Below are positions 1 through 10,913 of a DNA stretch of 64,000 nucleotides, one piece after another. The notes under the pieces were generated by a model. It did no database searches. It was not told the origin of the DNA and saw only the letters and a program-made list of their open reading frames with translations. The DNA is taken from positions 45,012,001-45,076,000 of the forward strand of contig OX597824.1 of the NCBI GenBank assembly GCA_951406725.2, read 5' to 3'. Numbering within the stretch: position 1 is the stretch's first letter; every line of letters starts with the position of its first letter. Made by a program: the position numbers and the translations under genes. This DNA comes from Octopus vulgaris (taxonomy: Eukaryota).

Positions 1-387
1 TGTGTGTATGCACCTATATACATACATTATCTTATACATACATGCGCTAAAATTTTTTAGCTTTATTCTATCTACTTTTTGCAAATGTACGATATAGTTA
101 TATATTTCCGTAATATACACGTGTCTGTGAATCAATATATATGTATATAAATACATTTCACTGTATACACAGATACATATGTGTATATGAATAAATATAT
201 TTACTAATTGTATATATGTATGTGTGTGTGTAGTATGTTTACTTTCCTCTTATGTGTGACCATAAATATATGTGAATCAGAAGAGCAAAATGCATGTCTT
301 TTTATAGCCTACTGCCACATGTTTAACCATGTAGTCTTCTACATGTAATCTAGCATTGCGAAGGTCTCTCATGTTTCGTTCATTCCC

Positions 388-562
388 CTATCTATCTATC
401 TGTCCATCAGTCTATCTATCTGTCTGCCTATTTATCTATCTATCTATCTGCCTATTTATCTATCTATCTATCTGCCTATTTATCTATCTATCTGCCTATT
501 TATCTATCTATCTGCCTATTTATCTATCTGTCTATCTATTTGTCTATTTATCTATATTTATG

Positions 563-617
<55 letters not shown>

Positions 618-661
618 GTGTCTGTCTGTCTGTCTGTCCGTCCTTCCATCCATCCATCCAT
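388..661. repeat. Compound tetranucleotide microsatellite (TATC)n/(TGTC)n/(TCCA)n
   Basis: Tandem tatc, tgtc and tcca units; explains low-complexity ORFs 356..751 and 540..740. Confidence 0.95.
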
Positions 662-1003
662 CGCATCAGATTTAAAGAGAAAGAAAATAGGATTATTTCG
701 CGTGAGCCGTTTTTTCAGAGGTGGTTGTTCATGGAACTGAAATGGATATAGTCTTGAAGGAGAAAACTGGTTGTAAATAATAACGAATTTCTCATTTCTT
801 GATATTCTCTCACAATATATTGCTTTTATATCTTTCTTTTTATCTATCCCACTTTATCTATCTTCAGCTCTCCTACACCCCACCCCCTCTCTTCCTTTTT
901 TTTTTGAATTCTTCCGTTTTTCCGAACCTGTCTTTCTTTCACTTTTCCATCTCATCATTCCTGTGGTTGCATACTTCACACACACACACAAACACAGAAA
1001 GTC

Positions 1004-1149
1004 TTCACGAAATTCCACCATAGCTGGTTGCCCTGGCCTTGCTCTGTAACTCACCTTTGTGTCTCTTACCCCCACCACACATTTCTGTTCACGAAATTCC
1101 ATCAGTGTTGCTTGCCCCAGCCTTGTTTCAAAGCTCACCTTTGTACCTC
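1004..1149 (+). repeat. Diverged direct repeat, two ~61-bp copies, 84-bp period
   Basis: ttcacgaaattcca...ccttg...ctcacctttgt starts at both 1004 and 1088. Confidence 0.8.
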
Positions 1150-1369
1150 GCGCCCGCGCACACGCATACACACTAATGGTGCTTTATGGTACTTGTTCAA
1201 CCCCACCCCTTTTTTGTACGTATGACCATAGAAAGGCAGGAATAGATTGAGAATCGTAGGGAGAGAATTTAAAATTAATTTTTGATGGGAGTAATGAGGT
1301 GCTGGGACATATTTTGACAACTAGTCTGTATGGAAAAAAAAACAAAGGTTTGAGTGAATCAATAATAAT

Positions 1370-1570
1370 GATTTCTAATTCGAGCACAAGGTTAGCAATT
1401 TTGAGAAGTAGGGGTTCGTCGATACTATCAATCCCAGCACTTGTACTTTGTTTTCTCAACCCTTGAGGGATGGAAGGCAAAGTTGATCTCGGCAGGATTT
1501 GAACTCATAGCGTGAATAGTCGGAAGAGAAGCATTTTTCCAACGCTCTAAGGAGTCTGTTGCCTTCATCA
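1370..1570 (-). mobile_element. SINE-like repeat, family B (my label)
   Basis: Reverse complement of the gagttcaaat...actttgcctt.catcc...cttgtgc core seen at 4007-4222. Confidence 0.7.
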
Positions 1571-2291
1571 ATAATAACGAATTTTTATATTGGTTTCAAG
1601 AGCCCGAGATTTTAGGGACAGCACAAAACGAAATAGAGGCGGAGGTGAACAACGAATTGTTATTATAAGTGTAATGGGGAAGGTACTTAGTAGTGCTGCT
1701 TGGACATGTTGGTGGCTTAATTGTGGTATTTAGTGTATATACGTTCACTTTTAGGCTTGGTATTTATTGTGGGTTTATAGATAATTACGTATTTGTTGTG
1801 TATTGGTATGTGCATGTGATTAGTGTGCATGTAGCTAACAGCCTTTTACAGAGGCATAATGTAAGCATACAGTAATTTAGTAATTGTGCATAGTAATATC
1901 TATAACGGGTTCGTGTACATAAATGCCTTATCTATCTATCTACGTATATGCTGTAAAGTTATATATATAAAGTAATATATATAGTGCATGTACGCTTGTG
2001 CCTTACGTATGTAAGATTGTGTGTGCTATAGATTTGAATATTAGTGCGTATATTGGCCTCTGCATTTGACTGGCAGCGTTCATATATGTACATATACACA
2101 CAATCATGCACTGTGTATGGACGTATGTACACACACACACTATGTATACATATAATTGCATCTGTGTGCGTTTATATTTTCTAATACACCTTGTGTATTT
2201 AAATTGAAAGTAGTAAAAATATTAAAAGTAATTTTAAAAAAAATTTCTTTCAATATTCTTTTACTTAATAATCGGTCCTTTAAATAAATAC

Positions 2292-2323
2292 CACACACAC
2301 ACACTCACACACGCACGCAAACA

Positions 2324-2363
<40 letters not shown>
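2292..2363. repeat. (CA)n microsatellite
   Basis: Direct observation. Confidence 0.95.
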
Positions 2364-2364
<1 letters not shown>

Positions 2365-2421
2365 TCTTAACGATATCTGTTTATATTTCAATCTAATTTT
2401 ATTTTCCTTCTCCGTTGTTAG

Positions 2422-2830
2422 GATTCTGGTTGGAATTTACCTGAATGGAACGATGAAGTACTCGTTGCTTGATGGCGCTGGCACACAGCTTGCTTCCTGC
2501 CACGCTTTAGGATTATTATCTTTTGCAAAGATTACGGCAAGGTGAAAAAAGAAAAAAACGAAAAAGAAAACAAATAAAGAAAAGCTGCTGGGTAAGAGGA
2601 CCCGGCTTGCTTCTTTTTGCTTCTATCTTCTACTTCTTTAGAAGTAGAAGAAGCAGGAGCCGCAGAAAAGATTCTGCCTCACACTTGCAAGAAGCAGTGC
2701 CGTAACAGGCGACAGAATTTTAAGGAATTCGGGATTTTTTGTTGTTGTTATTTTTAATTTCTTTTGTAAAAGAAAAGTTAATAGAAACCAAACCCCATCA
2801 AAATAATTAATAATAGGGGTCTAATTAAAA
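2422..2830 (+). promoter_or_regulatory. Putative 5' UTR part of the first coding exon, with upstream ORFs
   Basis: Pyrimidine tract and AG (attttccttctccgttgttag) end at 2421; relatively CpG-rich; upstream ATGs at 2445 and 2453. Confidence 0.4.
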
Positions 2831-2881
2831 ATGGCGTCGCCGCCCGAAGAATGTTTCATGCAAAGTCCTTTAGTTATTTGG
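2831..2881 (+). CDS. CCDC88A: Girdin/Daple-like (CCDC88) coding exon 1: MASPPEECFMQSPLVIW
   Basis: aaaaATGG start context; FMQSPLVIW resembles the vertebrate Girdin N-terminus FMTSPLVTW (recalled); donor G|gtaagt, phase 0. Confidence 0.9.
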
Positions 2882-4006
2882 GTAAGTTTGTTTTATTTAA
2901 TATGTTTTCTGTAAATATATGAATTTGTATTGACTTTATGTGTGTGGTTACTGTTATTTTGCGATGGTGGAGCTCTGGACTAAATGCTTTGTCGAATTTG
3001 GTTCGTCACGGCGTTCTGGGTTCAAATCTCACTTGTCGACTTTGTCTAATTTTCTTCCTTGGATCCATAGAATATCAATATATTTACATTTATTCAATTG
3101 ACTATACTGCTTCTTTACGAATTTGTGGCGTTCTGTCTGTATATTTATTACCTGTATCTCTGTGTTTCAAGTTAATGTTGTTATCGTGGCAACATTCATA
3201 AACTTTTCACGCCATCACAAAATAAGGACCAGTAATATATTGGTGTCCATCGAATGTATAACTGAAGAAACAGTTGAAGTTTTGAAATATCTATAACGGG
3301 GATGGGAATCGTTGGTGGGCAGGATGGGGCAAAAATGTTTTAAAAATTTGAAAGTTGGAGGTGGATGGGTGAAATTCTTTCAAAATTGAATTCCCGTTGT
3401 ATAAAACACAGTAATGCTAAAAAGCATTAAGAAATAAAATAATCCCTACCAGATTCCTTAGCCAAACTGCTTTTGCAGCATTGGATTAACCATTAAGCAA
3501 AATAAGGCATCAAGGGAAGGAGAGGGCACCCTAGATATGGTAAATGGTTTACGGCACAAAAGAAATCACTTTAAACTGGCTAAAATTATATTCAAGATGC
3601 CTTTATCTCTACTAAGTATAGATGCAGATGTGTTACCTAAATTTAATTTTGAGTATCTGATCAGATTTTGCAAGAAAGTGGAAGTATATAAAAATAAACA
3701 TTATTTTCCCTTTGGCTGTTTTGTTTAGTTTTGAAAAATAAAAATTTATTTTATGGTTTGTTATTGTTTATTTTTTGAACTACATAATCGTTTATGGGGG
3801 CACCAAAATCTTTTAAGTGCTTAGGGCTTCGATGGGTTTTAATCCGGCCATTTTCAAAGGAACTTCAGTTCTGAAACAACCCGGTTTGGTGATCTACCAA
3901 AGGTTATTTGAGCACATTGTGCACGCAGATATTTAGAAACGACATGAATATAAATCATACTCAAAAGTATGTGACTTTGTTTGCTATCAAGATTTCAAGT
4001 GCTTTA

Positions 4007-4222
4007 GGCGGCCAACCAGTAGAATCGTTAGCACGTCGGGCAAAATGCTTAGCGGCATTTCGTCAGACCTCACGTTCTGAGTTCAAATTCCGACGACGTC
4101 AACTTTGCCTTTCATCCTTTTGGCGATCGATAAAATATGTACCAGTTGAGCACTGGAGTCGTTGTAATCGACTTACCTTCTCTCCCGAATTTGGCTTTGT
4201 GCCAAAATTTGAAACCAATATT
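4007..4222 (+). mobile_element. SINE-like repeat family B, CpG-retaining copy
   Basis: agaatcgttagcacg...gttctgagttcaaattcc...ctttgtgccaaaatttgaaacc; many homologous copies in the window. Confidence 0.8.
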
Positions 4223-4807
4223 TCAAGTGTTCTTGAGGGTTGTTTAGTAGAATTGATTGAATATGATGGTGGATCTCCATCGTCCGACAATTAAGATTCA
4301 GTTAATTGATCAACTGAATTACCTGTTCGTGGATTAATATAGTCGTGGCTGGACATCTCTCCACAGACACATGCACTCTTAGCGTAATATGCAGGCAGAA
4401 TCAATGTGACACCGTGTGTGCCTTCTGTACCTTTTGAATTACATGTACAATCCACCCGACGGGCTTCTGTTCTATTTCCGTCTACCCAGTTTCGCTCACA
4501 AGGTGTGTCGACTCGAGGTTATAAAAATGACATTTACCCAATACGCCACGATTTGGGATCGAGGCAGAAATCTTGTAACGAAGCCTTCTTAACCATTTAG
4601 CCATTGATTGAAAGTGTCACAAATACTGGAAACATCTTTTGTTTTTTCTTCAGATCGACATCATCCCACTAATACTCATGTCAACAAGAGCTATTTCTCT
4701 TAGTTTTTTTGCTTTGTTTTGTTTTGGTTTTTACTCGTCTTTCATGATTCTCTTTTCTTTGATTTAACTATTTTGATTTTATTTTCGTTCTCTCTCATCT
4801 TTTACAG

Positions 4808-4896
4808 ATTGATACTTTTCGGGAAGCAAATTCTCCGGCGATACAATACAAAGATATTTACGGAGGTGTTTTCCTAACAACTGTAATGAATCAGAT
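4808..4896 (+). CDS. CCDC88A: Girdin/Daple-like coding exon 2: IDTFREANSPAIQYKDIYGGVFLTTVMNQ(I)
   Basis: Acceptor tcttttacag, donor gtaagt, phase 0 to 2; GVFLTTVMNQI matches HOOK N-terminal domain GVFLNQVMLQI. Confidence 0.92.
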
Positions 4897-6045
4897 GTAA
4901 GTATGCGTTTTCATTAAACAATTTTAAATTGAAATGTTGATATTTCACAGAGAATAAACGAAAGAAACGTTAAAAAGGAAGTAGAGTAAACATTCCTGAC
5001 AGATGTCTTTTTCATTTATTACCCGGGACTTCATGACACCAAAATCATACTGTCACAGCTATTTTCAATATTTTGATATCAAAACATTAAACTACAATTT
5101 CTGTATTCATTCATATATTTATCATTGATTCTTCTTACTTATAACAAAGTGAACAGCAAATATTCGTTCATTTCTTCATTCAAGTCTCCAACTCTTTATG
5201 TCTCATAGACATATTTTGTGTTTCTTTTGCTTCTCTCATCTAACACATTCGAATGATTATTTTACTTTCTTATTTTCATGTTTTCGTGCTAAATGCAACG
5301 ATATTTAGATAATGCCGGTTCCAGCTTGCTACTGGAAGCAATCTTTTATTTTGTGAGACGTTTTCTAACACTGTTGCTTGCAGACGATGACAACGGAGTC
5401 AGCAGACGTCGAATACTGTCGTCTGCTACCACTTTCTTGTCGTCTGCTTTTACGAAATATTGGTTAGGGATTGTTACTTGAATTTTTCTTTTCTTGAAAT
5501 AAAGATACACGAGAAGGAAGCCACTAAACAGCAATTCCATTTTTATTATTTACAAGCTTTAATATATTAGATACTACCGTTCAATGGTGACAGTTTAGAA
5601 TGTGAAAGCAAGACAGAGAAGGTGCCTTATGCAAAACTACTTCAGTTGATGAAACCCAGCCTATCTCCTAGAAATGAAAATCATTTCTTCAAGATACCAT
5701 TGATTAATCAATTAACCATGCACCTTCTAGATACAAAGTAACATTGTCTAATCAAAATATATTATTATTGACATTGCAACAGAGATCTGGACATGTTTTT
5801 TTTTAATCGTTTGGTGTCTTATGCTGGTATTCAGATAAATACCAGTTATGTAAGTGGTGAGAGTGTCATTATTTATATCAATTTTCTTTCTAAAGAAAAA
5901 AAAAAGGCCCTGTATTTTGACATCTTGTATTTTATATATCATGGTGTCACCAGGATTTCAACCAAGTGGGGTCTGAATATTCAGATTTATTAAAATTGAT
6001 CCAACAGTAGTCATCTAATTTGCATTAGCGTAAAGATGTTTATTA

Positions 6046-6062
6046 CATATATATACATATAT

Positions 6063-6123
<61 letters not shown>

Positions 6124-6136
6124 CACACACACATAC
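6046..6136. repeat. (TA)n/(CA)n microsatellite
   Basis: Direct observation. Confidence 0.95.
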
Positions 6137-6433
6137 GGAGGCGCAATGGCCTAGTGGTTAGGGCAGCGGACTCGCGGTCGTAGGATCGCGGTTTCGATTC
6201 CCAGACCGGGCGTTGAGTGTTTATTGAGCGAAAACACCTAAAGCTCCACAAGGCTCCGGCAGGGGGTGGTGACGATCCCTGCTGTACTCTTTCGCCACTT
6301 TCTCTCACTCTTTCTTCTGTTGGCCTGCTCGCTTAGCCAGCGGGGTTGGTGTCATTTGAAGGCTAAAACAATGCGAAGCACATTGTGACCAGCGATATGT
6401 AACAACATCTGATAGCCTGGTCAGTCACGGTGA
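6137..6433 (+). mobile_element. tRNA-derived SINE, well preserved (family D)
   Basis: A-box TGGCCTAGTGG, B-box-like GTTTCGATTCC, tRNA-like head plus ~220-nt tail; decayed tail copy at 50931-51042. Confidence 0.85.
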
Positions 6434-9400
6434 TATATACACATACACACATATATATATAGCCCTGAGGTAGGAGTTCATCCAAACCTGTCAAATCCTC
6501 CAAGTTGCATACTTTGTGTATATATGTATGTATACACATACATAAGCAACATATATGTACACCCACTCTTTTTTATTGTATATGAATATTTTGTTTCTTG
6601 TAGCAGAAATTAAAAAAAAACATTGGTAATCAATAAATAATGAACTCCTAATGAAATCAACTTTGCTCTTCATCTTTTCAGCTTGACAAAATAAAGTTCT
6701 AGTCTAGTGCTTGGATCAGTTTAATCAATTGTATTCCTCTCCCACATTTGAAGCTTTGTCTTTAAGAAATTGTAATTTTTTCAGATTATTAACATCATTT
6801 TTAGAGATGATGAAAGATTTTTATATCTCTACATATAATGTTAATCATTTGAAAAATTATAATCTTTATAGTAACGAAAGGGTTAATGATAGTAATATTA
6901 ATTAATAATAGTAATTATTATATCTGGAGGTAAGCTTGTGGTAGGGTGACTCTATGGTATACTCTCAATTTCTGGATGAAAAACCTTTCAGTTTATTGTA
7001 ACACCCTAATGCTCTTGGGGAAAGGCATAATCATAGCAACATTCTGTTTCCTTTCCCCCCAAAAGATAGGGTGCTGTGATTTAGCATTAAATCTAATTAC
7101 AAGCTGATGTACCCTACATATGAACTATGGTTATCAGGTGCTGCATAATTGCTTAACTTACAGCAGGCTGCATCATTACTCTATATATTATGTTAGCTGT
7201 GTTTATAAACTTTGCTGTCTCCATTGGACGTCTTTCATGTAGTCCCTTTAGTATAATCTTTAAAATTACCAGTGCTTTCCAAAAGGATTTGTTTTTATGT
7301 CTTTTTTTATATTTTAGTTACAAATATTCTATTTTAAAATAATGTCTTTTTTTTACTATATGGCAAAGGTTGTCTTCAAACATCTGTTAGTTGATAGATT
7401 TCTTTTTGCTTCATATTTAATGGTGATAAATGGCTTGTAGCTGCAATATGGCTAAATGGTTAAGAAGCTGTGTGGCATCTTGAGCAAATGTTATTGTCAT
7501 AACCTGGCTTGACTCCTACCTTGTGAATGAAATTGTGTAGATAGAAGCTGCATAAAAATCACCCAAGTGGATTATACCTGTAATTCAAAAAGACTACAAT
7601 CTATGTCATGCTAATACTGTTTGAGAATCATGTTAGGGGTACATTGTCTGTGAATTACTCAGTCACACATACAGCAACAAGTTATTCACCTGATCAAGCA
7701 ACAGGAGATCTATTGCGTTATGGCTTGTAGGCTCCTGACCAAAAATTTTATTACCATTGTCTGATTTTCTGGACTGTCCCAGAATGAGTTTCCCTCTTTA
7801 TTGTTGAATCTGATAAAGAAGAGCGATGCCCATAACCCAATGAGAGGAGTCATCTCTCATGAGAAATATGGAGAAGCTTATTATTATATTTGATTATTAA
7901 ATCTGGAGGTAATATTTACCGTTTGACCTACCACTTTTGCTTCTGTGGAAGAGGAGTTGATATAAGAAGTAGATAGTCAGATTATATATTATAGTTACAA
8001 GCTTAGATCTATTTTATGTGTACATGTGGAGGAGATTTAATAATACAAGGACCCATAAAATACTGGATTCAATTTGTATAAGTGTGCACTTCCCTCTTCC
8101 AGAAATAAAGTTTTTCAGTTTAGAAATTAATCGTTATCTTATAAGCAGTTATGATTATTGTTTTAAATCTCTTTAGTTACATTTTAACATTCCTTGGTGA
8201 ATCATAAATGTCAGTCATCTTGACCTAACTAGTGAAATCTATGACATCCCACCTATATCAGAACTTACTACTACTATGATTAAGCTGAAGTTGATTAAAA
8301 TTGCACAGTGTTAGACTAATTAATGCATAATAGTGTTTTATCTAAATTTTCCCAATTCACATTATGCTGAGGTTAGTCTTTTTATTCATCTTGGGGAATT
8401 ATAAAATAAGCACCAACAAAACACTGGATTAGTTTGGCTACTCTAACAATTCTCTGCTACAGTTGTCTTTATTCTCAATAAAAAGAAATCCTAGTAATCA
8501 AGCTGTTCATAACTTGTTACAGCTTCTTAAAATTTTGAGAAATGATAGCTATTGATATATTTATGGTATTTGTGTGTAAGTGTGTTTGCACATGGATGTC
8601 CATGTGTTCATTCTGCCAGCTACATAGGTTCTGTGAATCTCATTCACAGAAATTTAATTTTTTACCCTTCAGTGATTCGAAACATGCTAATCACAAGGGA
8701 CAGAAGCAATTTGAATACATGGAAGCTGAGCCACAAACATCTTTATCAGTGATATAGTTCCAGACTATGCTTGTAAATCAAACTGGCGCTGGTTTCTCTC
8801 TCCACCACTACAAATATTTGATAGCAAGCTGCACTTGAACACAACTGTACATTACATTGCAACATGTGCAGTTGTACATAAACATATGCACACATGTTCG
8901 AGTGCAAGCAAACACGTGCACATCTGTTTATATACAATTGTGGACATAGTTACATATACTCCTATTATTATTTTTGACAATATTCCATTCACAACACTAA
9001 ATAAACTGTAGGTATTAAGTTTTTTGTTTTTTTTTCTTTTTTTTTGTCAAACAAAATAACTCAAGTATGATTAATCTACCTTGTAGAGTTTTAACCGGCA
9101 TTCATATTGAAATCAAACATATATTTATCATAAAAGAACTATTTTGTCAGTTCTTACTATCATATGATATAAAAGTGTTATTCATCTCAAATACACTAAC
9201 ACTAAATCATTGCTTGGTCTTATTCACATCTATATTTGTATGAAATCTTACATGCAAATCACATATGTACTAACATGTTATACATCATCTGTCAAACAAA
9301 TGATAGACTAGGAGTGCAGTATGATTTAAGCAGATGAGATGATCTGGGACCAATAACTATTTCCAGTTCAATTTTGTTTTCTGTTTGGACAATACCTGAT

Positions 9401-9569
9401 ACAGGTTCTGATTTTTGAAAAGGTTATCTTTTGAGCTTATATAATACCTCAGTCACTGTTTTTGAATTTGTCTTTCTAGTTTTGTTTTAATGTATAAGTT
9501 TATATTGCTAAAGTAGGGTTGATTTTTTTTTTTTTTTTACAGAAGATAGATTTAGTTATAGCATTGCCT

Positions 9570-10090
9570 TCAGTTGTTGTTTAAACTTAGGTCAGCTCTG
9601 ATCTAAAAGCATTCCAACTTTTTTTTTGTACTTTTTCAGGCAGTGTGCATAAGACCACTTTATCCAATATATTTTTCCTTTTTGAGATGATAGGGTGTAA
9701 TTTCAAGACGGTTCAGCTGCTATTTTTAGCAAGTTTACATGACCATGTAGACTTCCCAGTTAGTTTGTGTATAGTAATATCTCTTAGTACAGTCAGTCAA
9801 CAGCAATTTTTCTGTTATTCCTTGTGCATATACAACAATAGCTATATTATTCACTTTCATGTCCTAGAGTTATTTGTTGTTTAGCCTAAGTCAAATTCAA
9901 TCCAGTAGACAAATGATCAAAGACATTCCCTATCATGACTATTCTATTTTATTTTTTAGGTATTGTGCATCTAGGGTTGTCTTATTCAGTATGCTTTATC
10001 TAAAAATGATAGACTTGAGGGATATGGCTGCTATTTCTCATAGGGAATGTGACTATGAATGTATGTCCTGTGTAGAGTATATTTGTAATG
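9570..10090 (+). mobile_element. Two diverged copies of an interspersed repeat (family E)
   Basis: gttgttta...ggtca/agtca...cattcc...gctgctattt recurs at ~9575 and ~9877; related copies near 11430-11580 (+) and 46600-46790 (-). Confidence 0.5.
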
Positions 10091-10246
10091 GCTAGTTGAT
10101 GGTCTCTCTTCCCATCTGCAAAATGCATATATCAAGTGGAATGTTGTATAGTGATGAAACATGAGTGAGAAAGTCAACATATTTTTGGTTTGCTAGAGAC
10201 AAGTAAGTTTAGCAAAATCTAGTGAAAGTAAAACAGAAATCTGAAT

Positions 10247-10913
10247 TTACAATTATTTATATTTGACGGATATTTGTCCCCATCTTGTTTGTTGTTAACA
10301 CAGTGTTTCAGCTGATATACCCTCCAGCCTTCATCAAGTGTCTTGGGGAAATTTCGAACCTGGGTTCCCATTCCTAAGGTATTTTTTGATGTTATTGTTG
10401 TTGTTATTATTATTATTCAGATCACTGCCTGGAATAAAACTCGGAATCTTGGGGTTAGTAGCCCGTGCTCTTAACCACTATGCCATATGTCCATGGGCAA
10501 TTATGAAGTGAATTTTAGGGCTTATAAGTCTAATATTCTCCTATCCTTCCTTAATACTGGTTCCCATATGCTGTTCATATCTGCACCCGGTCTGCTTAGG
10601 AGGTTGCTGTGTCCTAGCATATGTACTGCTTCTTTTAGTTTTCGTATTTTCCAGTGGTGTTCTCTCTCTATTATTTTAGCTTCATCCCACAGGGGGAGGT
10701 GGTCTCCACTTTTCTATACATGATCAGCTATACCCGATTTATCAATATCTCACTGTGTCACAGCTTTGCGATCTTCCTCTAGCCTTATTTTGAGGGCGGG
10801 GGGGGGGGCATGTTTCGCCTTTGTATAACTTACCACAAACAAGATGAGGACAAATATCAGTCAAATGTAAATAATGTACATTATTCCTCATCTCTTAAAT
10901 ACAAAACTGTAGG
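10247..10913 (-). mobile_element. 5'-truncated Penelope-like element: GIY-YIG remnant, terminal module and inverted terminal segment
   Basis: Minus strand 10837-10522 reads CGKLYKGETC..LKIRLEEDRKAV..KSGIADHV..WDEAKIIEREHHWKIRKLKEAVHM; terminal segment inverted at 10834-10910; flanking aatctgaat direct repeat at 10238 and 10914. Confidence 0.85.
10297..10342 (-). ncRNA. Degenerate minimal type-I hammerhead ribozyme motif
   Basis: gacac-tTGATGA-a-ggctg..cagct-GAAAC-act-gtgtt; first core C mutated. Confidence 0.55.

Noticed and set aside
356-751. 131-aa ORF and overlapping ORFs
   Set aside because: Translation of the (TATC)n microsatellite
2523-2705. Basic K/R-rich ORF
   Set aside because: Non-ATG start; A-rich leader sequence explains the composition
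4640-4770. Alternative acceptor tttttcttcag at 4653 upstream of exon 2
   Set aside because: 154 nt from the true acceptor, so out of frame, and it hits a stop; no support without RNA data
6137-6210. Possible tRNA gene
   Set aside because: No clean cloverleaf and it continues into a repeat tail; it is a SINE head
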